Source: an uncultured Gammaproteobacteria bacterium
Lineage (GTDB): Bacteria > Patescibacteriota > Patescibacteriia > Magasanikbacterales > UBA922
Direction of reading: 5' to 3'
Length of the DNA stretch: 64,000 bases
NCBI GenBank assembly: GCA_964344965.1
Contig: CAYFPJ010000002.1
Span: 1,068-65,067, forward strand
This document shows, piece by piece, positions 54,874-62,990 of this stretch. The first letter of the stretch is position 1. Every line of letters starts with the position of its first letter. The notes beneath the pieces are model-generated. The model saw only the letters and a list, made by a program, of their open reading frames with translations, had not been told where the DNA came from and did not search any database. The position numbers and the translations under genes were made by a program.

Positions 54874-55619
54874 AGACCTTTTTTTTCTTGTTCTAATTCT
54901 AGAATTCTATCTTTCATTTTTTCTTTATTTTGATAAAAAAGCTCAGCCATGGCCCACTCTTCTGGATCATCTAGGTCAACCGAACGCCATTTTGGACAAA
55001 CCACTGCTTTGGTCTTCTTGGTAATCACCAATTTTTCTTTCAATAAAGCTCCCATCTCAATGATATAAACAAAACAACCATTTAGTAGATAGGCCTTCTC
55101 CCAAGTCTGTGTATTATTAGAATGTGTCTCTAATCCATTGACAAGAACTGTGTCATTTTCTGTGCTAAGATGATATAGCTTAGGATGAGTCGGGCAGACT
55201 GTCAAAACTGTTGTGGCATCAGTGTCTTGCATCATCTGCCAACAATCTTCAATATCTTTAATTTCTCGCAAAAGAGAAGTGGTTTGTAAAATCATCAAAT
55301 GTGTCGGCTCATATCCTTCATCATTTTTTAATTTTTCCAAAGTATAGAGAATACTGTCGACGACATTGGCACTATCCGATGCCAAATGTTCAGGACGCAA
55401 AAATGGTACATCTGCTCCATACTTTTTTGCCACCTTAGCGATCTCTTCTGAATCAGTGTCTACGACTACTCTATCGATAAATGGCACGGACAAAGCCTGC
55501 TCAATAGCATAAGCAATCAAAGGTTTACCCAAAAAATCCTTGATATTTTTACCAGGAATTCTTTTGGAGCCAGCCCGAGCTGGGATGTAGGCTAGTATAC
55601 GCTGCTCTTTCTTATCCAT
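54870..55619 (-). CDS. neuA: CMP-nonulosonate synthetase (acylneuraminate cytidylyltransferase, NeuA family)
   Basis: LAYIPARAGSKRIPGKNIKDFLGKPLIAYAIE. Confidence 0.8.
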   Translation of the reverse strand: MDKKEQRILAYIPARAGSKRIPGKNIKDFLGKPLIAYAIEQALSVPFIDRVVVDTDSEEIAKVAKKYGADVPFLRPEHLASDSANVVDSILYTLEKLKNDEGYEPTHLMILQTTSLLREIKDIEDCWQMMQDTDATTVLTVCPTHPKLYHLSTENDTVLVNGLETHSNNTQTWEKAYLLNGCFVYIIEMGALLKEKLVITKKTKAVVCPKWRSVDLDDPEEWAMAELFYQNKEKMKDRILELEQEKKGL

Positions 55620-55620
55620 A

Positions 55621-56655
55621 TTATTCTAAATCTTCTTTAAGAATATGTTCGCCATTTTTAATATTTCTTTTTACTTTTTTGTCAACCAAAGTGTCAAATT
55701 CTTCGATAGATATATGCCCATCTTCAGGCCGATATGGACGAATAGACATAAGATCATCTGGCTCGAGCACTGATCCGACTGACAAATCTTTGTGTGCACA
55801 AATTGCCTTATGAGCCCAAGTCTTGTATTGCAATACTTCATCATCAATCTGATAATTTCTAGTTATTTGATAAATCTCATCTACATCTGCTAGCATCTTT
55901 TTGAACTGATCTGGAACAATACCAACTGAAATATCAAGACTCTCAAATTTTGGTTTGACCTTATGTTCTGGAAGACAGATATGCTTTTCCATAATCGTCA
56001 CTTCCTCCATGCCTGCTGCTACCAAGATAGCATTGGTCCCAGCCACATGATCAGAATACCCAAAGTTAAATTCTGGAAATTTGGACTTCATTTTCTCGAT
56101 CAACCTCAAATTGGCCAGACGTGGCGGTGTTGGATAAATGGTTGTACAGTGAAATATAATTAACTGATCAGCGTAATTTTGGTATTTTTCTAAAACCCGC
56201 ATTACTTCTTCTTCTTGCAAAAGACCAAGAGAAAGTAAAACTGGCTTGCCTGTGCCAAGAGCCATATCTATCATTCGATAGTTATTGCTATCACCAGACC
56301 CAATTTTTAAGACTGGCATCCCAGCTTCGGCTAGCTCTACCAAATCATACTCATTGTGGGTAGTAGCAAAACAAGTGATTCCTTTTTCTTTCCCATACTT
56401 CATGATTTCAAGAAAATCACTTTTACTCAACGCTCTTTGACTAAGACGCTCTCGCCAATGAACGTCTATCTCACTAACTACATTTTCTGGAGTAATACTT
56501 TGGAATTTTAAAAGTCTAATACCCGCCTTTATGGCTTCATCTACGAATTTTAAACCTACTTCTTTTTCACCAAATGTCAAAACACCAGCCTCTGCGATTA
56601 CTTCTGGTTTTTTGTTTGATCCAACTATAATACCCCTATCTAATTCTATATTCAT
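55621..56655 (-). CDS. NeuB-family nonulosonate synthase, second paralog
   Basis: KIGSGDSNNY, YSDHVAG, and a C-terminal SAF domain. Confidence 0.75.
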   Translation of the reverse strand: MNIELDRGIIVGSNKKPEVIAEAGVLTFGEKEVGLKFVDEAIKAGIRLLKFQSITPENVVSEIDVHWRERLSQRALSKSDFLEIMKYGKEKGITCFATTHNEYDLVELAEAGMPVLKIGSGDSNNYRMIDMALGTGKPVLLSLGLLQEEEVMRVLEKYQNYADQLIIFHCTTIYPTPPRLANLRLIEKMKSKFPEFNFGYSDHVAGTNAILVAAGMEEVTIMEKHICLPEHKVKPKFESLDISVGIVPDQFKKMLADVDEIYQITRNYQIDDEVLQYKTWAHKAICAHKDLSVGSVLEPDDLMSIRPYRPEDGHISIEEFDTLVDKKVKRNIKNGEHILKEDLE

Positions 56656-56700
56656 AAATTAGTAGTGAGTTATGCTTATATTATTTACAAACAAAGCCGA

Positions 56701-56774
56701 AAAATGAATTGATTTCTTGGACAGCAACAGTCTGCAAGAGGTGTGATTTTGCTGGCTAAAAAATCAATTCATTT
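56701..56774. other. conserved-loop / variable-stem hairpin, copy 3
   Basis: Stem AAAATGAATTGATTT / AAATCAATTCATTT encloses CTTGGACAGCAACAGTCTGCAAGAGGTGTGATTTTGCTGGCTAAA. Confidence 0.7.
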
Positions 56775-56823
56775 GAGGCAACATAGGGAAAACCTATTAT
56801 TTAAATTCGATAGTTATGATAGT

Positions 56824-57996
56824 TTATTTCTTCTGCTCCCACTTTATTTTTGGAGTAATAGTATCTTTATTAATATTATCCCTGTAATCCATAATCTTCT
56901 TCAACATACTATCCACCAATACATCAGACAATTTATTTGGCTTCAGCCCAAGATCCAACAACTTGGTGTGCACAGGATTAAAGTAATGCTCTTCTGCTTC
57001 TTTGCGAGGATTTTCAATATGCTCAATTCTCGGATTCAACCCAAGCTTTTGTCCGGCACTTTGAACCATTTCTGCCAATTCTTTGACAGAAAATAACTCT
57101 GTAAACTGGTTGTAAATTCTAAATTCCCCCCTATCTGCAGGATTCATAGCGGCAATTTCAACACATTGCAAGGTGTCTACAATATTTAAGTATCCTCTAG
57201 TCTGCCCACCTTTACCGTAAGGAGTAATCGGCATATCAGCCACAGCCTGGACACAAAAACGATTAAGAGCAGTCCCGAATACTGCATCATAATGTAAGCT
57301 GGTGGCCAGACGCTCATCTTTTTTTGTTTCTTCGGTCTCAATACCATAGACAATACCCTGATTCAAATCTGTAGCTCTGAGATCCCAAATCTTACAGGCA
57401 AAATAAATATTGTTACTATCATGCACTTTAGATAAGTGATAAAAAGAACCTGGATTTTTTGGGAAAAGCATCCGATCAGTCCTTCCTTTGTGCTCAATAT
57501 CAATGTACCCTTCTTCAATATCAATATTTGGTGTACCGTACTCTCCCATGGTTCCAAGCTTTACCAGATGAGCATCTGGACAATTTCTCTTCATGGCAAA
57601 CAAGACGTTTAGAGTGCCCATGACATTATTCATCTGAGTGTTGACAGCAGTAGAATTGGTCATCATGGAGTAAGGAGCTGAGGGCTGTTCACCATAGTGA
57701 ACAATGACATCAGGCATGAATTGGACAATAAACTTATTGACAAACCTCTTGTTCAATAGATCTCCAATGTATGGAGTGATTGTCTTTCCGGAAACTTCTT
57801 TCCAAACTTTTATTCTTTCGTGCAATGTAGATATTGGGATAAGAGGCTCTACCCCTTCTTCCAGTTCCCACTTTCGTTTGTTAAAATTATCTACTACAGC
57901 CACTTCATGACCTTTGTTTGAAAAGTACATTGCTGTTGGCCATCCCAGATAACCATCTCCTCCCAAAATAAGAATCTTCATATATTCAATATACAA
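56824..57996 (-). CDS. sqdB: UDP-sulfoquinovose synthase (SqdB/SQD1)
   Basis: Near-colinear match to plant/cyanobacterial SQD1. Shared blocks include ILGGDGYLGW (SQD1 GGDGYCGW), HYGEQPSAPYSM, HLVKLGTMGEYGTPNIDIEEGYI, FYHLSKVHDS, ATDLNQG, AVFGTALNRFCVQA and PYGKGGQTRGYL. Confidence 0.85.
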   Translation of the reverse strand: MYIEYMKILILGGDGYLGWPTAMYFSNKGHEVAVVDNFNKRKWELEEGVEPLIPISTLHERIKVWKEVSGKTITPYIGDLLNKRFVNKFIVQFMPDVIVHYGEQPSAPYSMMTNSTAVNTQMNNVMGTLNVLFAMKRNCPDAHLVKLGTMGEYGTPNIDIEEGYIDIEHKGRTDRMLFPKNPGSFYHLSKVHDSNNIYFACKIWDLRATDLNQGIVYGIETEETKKDERLATSLHYDAVFGTALNRFCVQAVADMPITPYGKGGQTRGYLNIVDTLQCVEIAAMNPADRGEFRIYNQFTELFSVKELAEMVQSAGQKLGLNPRIEHIENPRKEAEEHYFNPVHTKLLDLGLKPNKLSDVLVDSMLKKIMDYRDNINKDTITPKIKWEQKK

Positions 57997-58009
57997 AATA
58001 GTAATTAAA

Positions 58010-59287
58010 TTAATTAGTTTTTTTTTCTACATCACAAATGACTCCACAAGCTACAGTATTATTACTCATCTCATCGATCAAAATGAAATTGCCAGTATTT
58101 TTGTTTTCACTATATTTGTCAAACAACAAAGGATTGCGTGCGGAAATAGAAACAGCACATATATCATTTATATACATACTATTTCCACCAGATTTTTTTT
58201 CCAAACTATCAACATCTAGGTAATAATAAATATTGTCTACACAGCATCTTTGTGTCTGTGTGGTATGCTTTATCAAATAGCTTCTTTCCAGTTTTTGCAT
58301 TGGCTCTTTGTCAAACCAAAATAATAACGCATCAATTCTCTTATTTATTTTCGGGCTATTAGAATTCTTGACTATCATATCTCCCCTACTGACATCCACT
58401 TCCTCTGTCAATGTCAATACGACAGATTCAGGGTCAGATGCTTCTTCCTTTTCTCTATCAGCTACAAAAATAGACTTGACATGTGTACTAGTGCCAGATG
58501 GTAATATAGTGACTTGGTCACCTTTTTTTATAGACCCTCCCCCTACTTTACCAGCATAGCCTCTCCAGCTTCCTTCTCCTCTCACCACGTATTGAACCGG
58601 AAAACGAAATACATCAAGGTTACCTTGTGTTGAATGAGGTACGTCTTCCAAGAACTCCAAGACGGTCTTACCGCTAAACCAATTCATATTTTCACCACGG
58701 TTGACTACCATATCGCCTTTAAGAGCTGACACTGGGATGAAGTCAACATCTTCAACACCTAAACCAGAGAGATAGATAAGGAAGTCTTTTTTTACTTTAT
58801 CAAAAGCAAATTGGTCATATTGTACCATATCCATCTTATTTATCAATATCACTATGTGCTTTACACCTAGACTAGCTGCAATGTAGATGTGCCTCTTTGA
58901 TTGCTTTGTTACGCCCTTCTTTACATCAATCAAAAATAAGGCGACATCAGCACGAGATGCTCCAGTAGCCATATTTCTAGTATATTGTTCATGACCAGGA
59001 ACATCCGCCACTATAATCCTTCTTTTTGGGGTGTTTAGGTATCTGTAAGCCACATCTATTGTAATTCCCTGTTCACGCTCAGCAGATAAGCCGTCGGTAA
59101 ATAGAGAAAAATCTATATCTTCACTCGCCCCTCTAGTGCTATCCTTTTTTAATTTAGAAAGTTGATCTTCATATATTGCCCCACAATCAAAAAACAATCG
59201 GCCTATCAAAGTTGATTTACCATCATCGACACTGCCTGAAGTCGCTATCCTCAAAAGTTCTGAATTTTGTGCATCTTTTATGTGCAT
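58010..59287 (-). CDS. cysN: sulfate adenylyltransferase subunit 1 (GTPase; not fused to an APS-kinase domain)
   Basis: ATSGSVDDGKSTLIGRL, DVPGHEQY, and the NKMD G4 motif. Confidence 0.85.
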   Translation of the reverse strand: MHIKDAQNSELLRIATSGSVDDGKSTLIGRLFFDCGAIYEDQLSKLKKDSTRGASEDIDFSLFTDGLSAEREQGITIDVAYRYLNTPKRRIIVADVPGHEQYTRNMATGASRADVALFLIDVKKGVTKQSKRHIYIAASLGVKHIVILINKMDMVQYDQFAFDKVKKDFLIYLSGLGVEDVDFIPVSALKGDMVVNRGENMNWFSGKTVLEFLEDVPHSTQGNLDVFRFPVQYVVRGEGSWRGYAGKVGGGSIKKGDQVTILPSGTSTHVKSIFVADREKEEASDPESVVLTLTEEVDVSRGDMIVKNSNSPKINKRIDALLFWFDKEPMQKLERSYLIKHTTQTQRCCVDNIYYYLDVDSLEKKSGGNSMYINDICAVSISARNPLLFDKYSENKNTGNFILIDEMSNNTVACGVICDVEKKTN

Positions 59288-59299
59288 ATTTATTTTATA

Positions 59300-59542
59300 T
59301 TACTCTTCTTTTGCCACTCCCCAATCTATGCTATTCCAAAACCGTTCATGACCATAATAAAGGATCATCTTGAAGAAAACCTCAATAGACCCAATACTAA
59401 AAGCAATAAGAAAGTCTTTTGTCAATAAATAAGAAATTGTTACTGTTGCCAAAGTAGCAATGATTCTCCAACTGATTGTTTTAGTGAAAGTTCTAATCTG
59501 TTTTTCTTTTTTACTCATATTTTTTTGGTTACTCGCGATCAT
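59300..59542 (-). CDS. DUF2061-family small membrane protein
   Basis: 80 aa with two TM segments; this family is typically encoded in sulfate-activation loci. Confidence 0.45.
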   Translation of the reverse strand: MIASNQKNMSKKEKQIRTFTKTISWRIIATLATVTISYLLTKDFLIAFSIGSIEVFFKMILYYGHERFWNSIDWGVAKEE

Positions 59543-59688
59543 TATTACACTGAAGAGGAGCGGAACAAAGTATTATTCCTTTTTTACCTGACCACTGTGT
59601 GAGTCAAAGCGAGTTTGGTAAGGTAAAAAAGGAATAATACTTTGTGGAGTGAAAAAATCCTGTAAATACAATGAATATTTACAAATAT

Positions 59689-60591
59689 TCAAAAATATCC
59701 TTCCTTTTTCTTTTGTTCCATCGAAGATGATGAGCCGTGATCAATAGCTCTCGTCTCTCTTTCAGAATTTTTTGCCAGATACAATTCTTCAATAATGCCA
59801 TCTATGGTCGTAGCCAAAGAAGGTACACATCCAGTCGATGGCGAACAACCCAGAGTCCTGTAGCGAAACATATCTTCTATAATTTCTTCATCACCAGCTT
59901 TGACATATTTATCAAGACGTAAGTATACTCCTCTTTTTTTGATAACTCTTTGTTTTTTGGAAAAATAAAGAGGAACTATTTCGATATTTTCTTTTTTTAT
60001 ATATTCCCAAATGTCTACCTCTGTCCAGTCTGAAAGTGGGAAAACTCTCATCGATTGCCCCTCATGCAGGCGAGAATTATAAAGATGCCAGAGCTCTGGT
60101 CGTTGATTCTTAGGATCCCACACTCCCCCCTCACCACGAACAGAGAAAATTCTTTCCTTAGCTCTTGATTTTTCTTCATCTCTTCTCGCACCACCAAAAG
60201 CTAGATCAAAATTATGTATATCAAGTGCTTCCAGGAGGGGTTTGGTTTTTTTGTAATATATGTACTCCTCTGTATGAGCTTGTTCTGGATTCATGTTCAT
60301 AGCTATCACTTCCTCATTTTTATGGACTATGAGATCTACTCCTATTTTTTTGGTATAGTAATCTCGAAATTCAATCATCTCTGGAAATTTATAACCTGTG
60401 TCTATATGAAGAAGAGGAAAAGGAATCTTACCAGGATAAAATGCTTTTTGCACTAATCTAAGCAATACTGAAGAATCCTTCCCTATCGAATAAAGTAAGA
60501 CTGGATTCTTACATTCGGCCACTGCTTCACGAATGATAAAAATACTTTCCATCTCAAGTTGTTCCAAATAACTCAAACTACGCTGTGACAT
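59689..60591 (-). CDS. cysD: sulfate adenylyltransferase subunit 2 (the track ORF extends to 60654; the likely start is MSQRS at 60591)
   Basis: Collinear with E. coli CysD (LEQLEMESIFIIREAV...LYSIGKDSSVLL...FGGARRDEEKSRAKERI...KKKEGYF). Confidence 0.9.
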   Translation of the reverse strand: MSQRSLSYLEQLEMESIFIIREAVAECKNPVLLYSIGKDSSVLLRLVQKAFYPGKIPFPLLHIDTGYKFPEMIEFRDYYTKKIGVDLIVHKNEEVIAMNMNPEQAHTEEYIYYKKTKPLLEALDIHNFDLAFGGARRDEEKSRAKERIFSVRGEGGVWDPKNQRPELWHLYNSRLHEGQSMRVFPLSDWTEVDIWEYIKKENIEIVPLYFSKKQRVIKKRGVYLRLDKYVKAGDEEIIEDMFRYRTLGCSPSTGCVPSLATTIDGIIEELYLAKNSERETRAIDHGSSSSMEQKKKEGYF

Positions 60592-60595
60592 AAAA

Positions 60596-61252
60596 TTATC
60601 TAGTATGTAAACCACATTCACTAGTGGTATCATTTGTATTATGAAAACGACCAAACCTCTCTTCGCTGGTGTTACTTTTCTTTGTGCATGGCTGACAACC
60701 TAAAGATGGATAGCCTTGATCATATAGTGGATGATAGCTGAGATTTCTTTCCTTTATGTATTGCCAGATATCATCTTTGGTCCAAAAAACAATTGGGTTT
60801 ATCTTGGTGATATCTTCTTCTACTTCTGTAATTTCTGTATCCTTGCGACTTTCTGCCTCATCTCTTCGCAGACCAGTAACCCAACTATCATGTGCTTCAA
60901 TTACTGGTTTTATAGCTGGTTTTTTCATAGCACAACACTTGTACTTTCCATCCTTGATCATCTCATCACCAAAAGAATTCTCAATATCTTCTTTTTCTTC
61001 TGGAGTTGGTCTAATCCATTTAAAGTTCATGCCTGTTTCTTGTACTAGCTGGTCTGCAAAATCTAGTGTCTCTTTGAATTCATAGCCTGTATCAATTCCA
61101 ACAAAATTCGCTTGGGGGTCGACACTCATTACCAAATCTACAATCACTCTTGAATCTTTACCAAAAGAACAAGTAACAAAAACTTTCTTATTTTCTTCAA
61201 ATAGATCTTTGATAATTGTTTTACTTTGTTTGATCTTTTCGGCAAGTTTCAT
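60596..61252 (-). CDS. cysH: APS-reductase-type phosphoadenosine phosphosulfate reductase family protein (Fe-S type)
   Basis: PAPS_reduct fold (FGKDS), C-terminal ECGLH, and the Cys pairs KCCAMK and GCQPC that characterise APS rather than PAPS reductases. Confidence 0.8.
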   Translation of the reverse strand: MKLAEKIKQSKTIIKDLFEENKKVFVTCSFGKDSRVIVDLVMSVDPQANFVGIDTGYEFKETLDFADQLVQETGMNFKWIRPTPEEKEDIENSFGDEMIKDGKYKCCAMKKPAIKPVIEAHDSWVTGLRRDEAESRKDTEITEVEEDITKINPIVFWTKDDIWQYIKERNLSYHPLYDQGYPSLGCQPCTKKSNTSEERFGRFHNTNDTTSECGLHTR

Positions 61253-61255
61253 AAT

Positions 61256-61969
61256 TTATGTGTTATTGTTCTTTTGTCTATATTCCAAAAAAATTTTTAT
61301 CGAATCAAGATCCTCTGGATAATCAACATCCATTGAGTAAAATTGATCTATTACTAAAGGATAGTTTCTTTTACCTTCCATTTTCTTTTCACTAGTCAGT
61401 GTCTCGAAACTAGACAACCAGAGGTTGGCTGCTTTATAAAATTTTGGCTTTTGCTTATTTTCTACATTTTGGTAATGAAGTTCGTCTTGCCAAAAGACAA
61501 TCGTACCATCTTCTTTGATCTCTCGAATATTATAAGGATGATTCAAGGTATCCACTTCTGATACTGCCACTACTGAGTCTGCTTTTTTGTCTATAGCTAG
61601 ACTCACCGCTGTGTCAATCTGCTTGGTGTCGATAAGAGGTGAAGCAGCTTGTAACAAAATTACATAGTCGGCTTTATAACCTTCGTCTTTTTCCAATTTT
61701 TCGACAGTATAAACCATGGTATCAATGACTGGACTATCATCTCTAGCCAACTCTGCTGGGCGTATAAATGGTACATCTGCTCCATGCTCTTTCGCAACTC
61801 TAGCAATTTCATCATCATCAGTAGAGACAATGACGCGATCAACCAATGAAGATTTTTTGGCTGCTTCAATTGACCAAGTCAAAAGAGGTTTGCCTTGCAA
61901 CAAAGCTAGGTTTTTACCAGGAAACCTTTTACTACCCCCTCGTGCCGGGATTATTACCACTACATTCAT
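61256..61969 (-). CDS. NeuA-family cytidylyltransferase, second paralog
   Basis: VVIIPARGGSKRFPGKNLALLQGKPLLTWSIE. Confidence 0.75.
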   Translation of the reverse strand: MNVVVIIPARGGSKRFPGKNLALLQGKPLLTWSIEAAKKSSLVDRVIVSTDDDEIARVAKEHGADVPFIRPAELARDDSPVIDTMVYTVEKLEKDEGYKADYVILLQAASPLIDTKQIDTAVSLAIDKKADSVVAVSEVDTLNHPYNIREIKEDGTIVFWQDELHYQNVENKQKPKFYKAANLWLSSFETLTSEKKMEGKRNYPLVIDQFYSMDVDYPEDLDSIKIFLEYRQKNNNT

Positions 61970-61978
61970 ATATTCAAA

Positions 61979-62980
61979 TTATTTTTGAGCGATAAATCTC
62001 AATTTTAGACCAATACCAAGTTCATTCATTTTGTTTTCCAATATCTTTTCATTTTCAGGATCCAATATAAAATCCCTGAATTTTTTTGGCAAAAAATCAT
62101 ATATTTCATCACCAAAGGGATCCAAAAATTGAAAACTATTAATCATTGAATCCTTCCCTGTATAGCATGTGTTCACTTCAATATTTTCATTCTTCCAACC
62201 AAGATTTGAGAATAAGTATCTCAAAGTATCTTCTGAAAAATAGGAAAGATGCAGACGGCCAGTAAATGTACGAGACATTTCATGTAGTGTCATACAGACA
62301 AGACTCTGTACATTAGGGCAAATTCCCAAAAATATTCCACCTGGCTTTAAAATACGATAAATATCTTTGACGACATCAATCGGTTCAGGCAAATGTTCGA
62401 TCACACCAAACATAGTGACAAGATCAAAACTATTATCCTCAAAACCACACTCATGCAACAATTTTCTCTCTACCTTTACTCCATACATCTCTTCAGCATA
62501 CTTAGCAGTCCTTTCATTTAGCTCCAGACCAAGTGTGTCATAACCCCTCTCTTTGGCTGTGTGCAAAAATCCTCCCACGGAACATCCGATATCAAGCACT
62601 CTGCCAGATGGAACCTGATCTTGAATTTTGTCTAAAAAATAATTATATAATTTACCTCTAATCTCCTGATGCTTTTCAGACGATAAAAAATCAAAACCAG
62701 CATCATTGGTGTCAGATTCTTCATTGTACTGCTTTACTACCGCTTCTTCATTAGCTTGGGGATTGACATAGACATGTGCACAATTACTACAACGCACAAA
62801 ATCAAAGCCATTTTTTGTAAAAAGCACAGTGAAATTTGGTGAATGACAAAGTAAACAATTTATTTTTTTTACCAAGTGTTCAAAGACCTTACCAGTCTTT
62901 GGGTCAACTAGTTTGTCCAATTCTTTATCACGTTCTTCAAAAAATCTTTCTCCTTTTGTCTGTTTATCAAATGTACTCAT
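61979..62980 (-). CDS. class-I SAM-dependent methyltransferase with an N-terminal Cys4 zinc-ribbon
   Basis: CLLCHS...CSNCAH ribbon, then VLDIGCSVGGF motif I and LKPGG. Confidence 0.65.
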   Translation of the reverse strand: MSTFDKQTKGERFFEERDKELDKLVDPKTGKVFEHLVKKINCLLCHSPNFTVLFTKNGFDFVRCSNCAHVYVNPQANEEAVVKQYNEESDTNDAGFDFLSSEKHQEIRGKLYNYFLDKIQDQVPSGRVLDIGCSVGGFLHTAKERGYDTLGLELNERTAKYAEEMYGVKVERKLLHECGFEDNSFDLVTMFGVIEHLPEPIDVVKDIYRILKPGGIFLGICPNVQSLVCMTLHEMSRTFTGRLHLSYFSEDTLRYLFSNLGWKNENIEVNTCYTGKDSMINSFQFLDPFGDEIYDFLPKKFRDFILDPENEKILENKMNELGIGLKLRFIAQK

Positions 62981-62990
62981 ACGTATAAAA

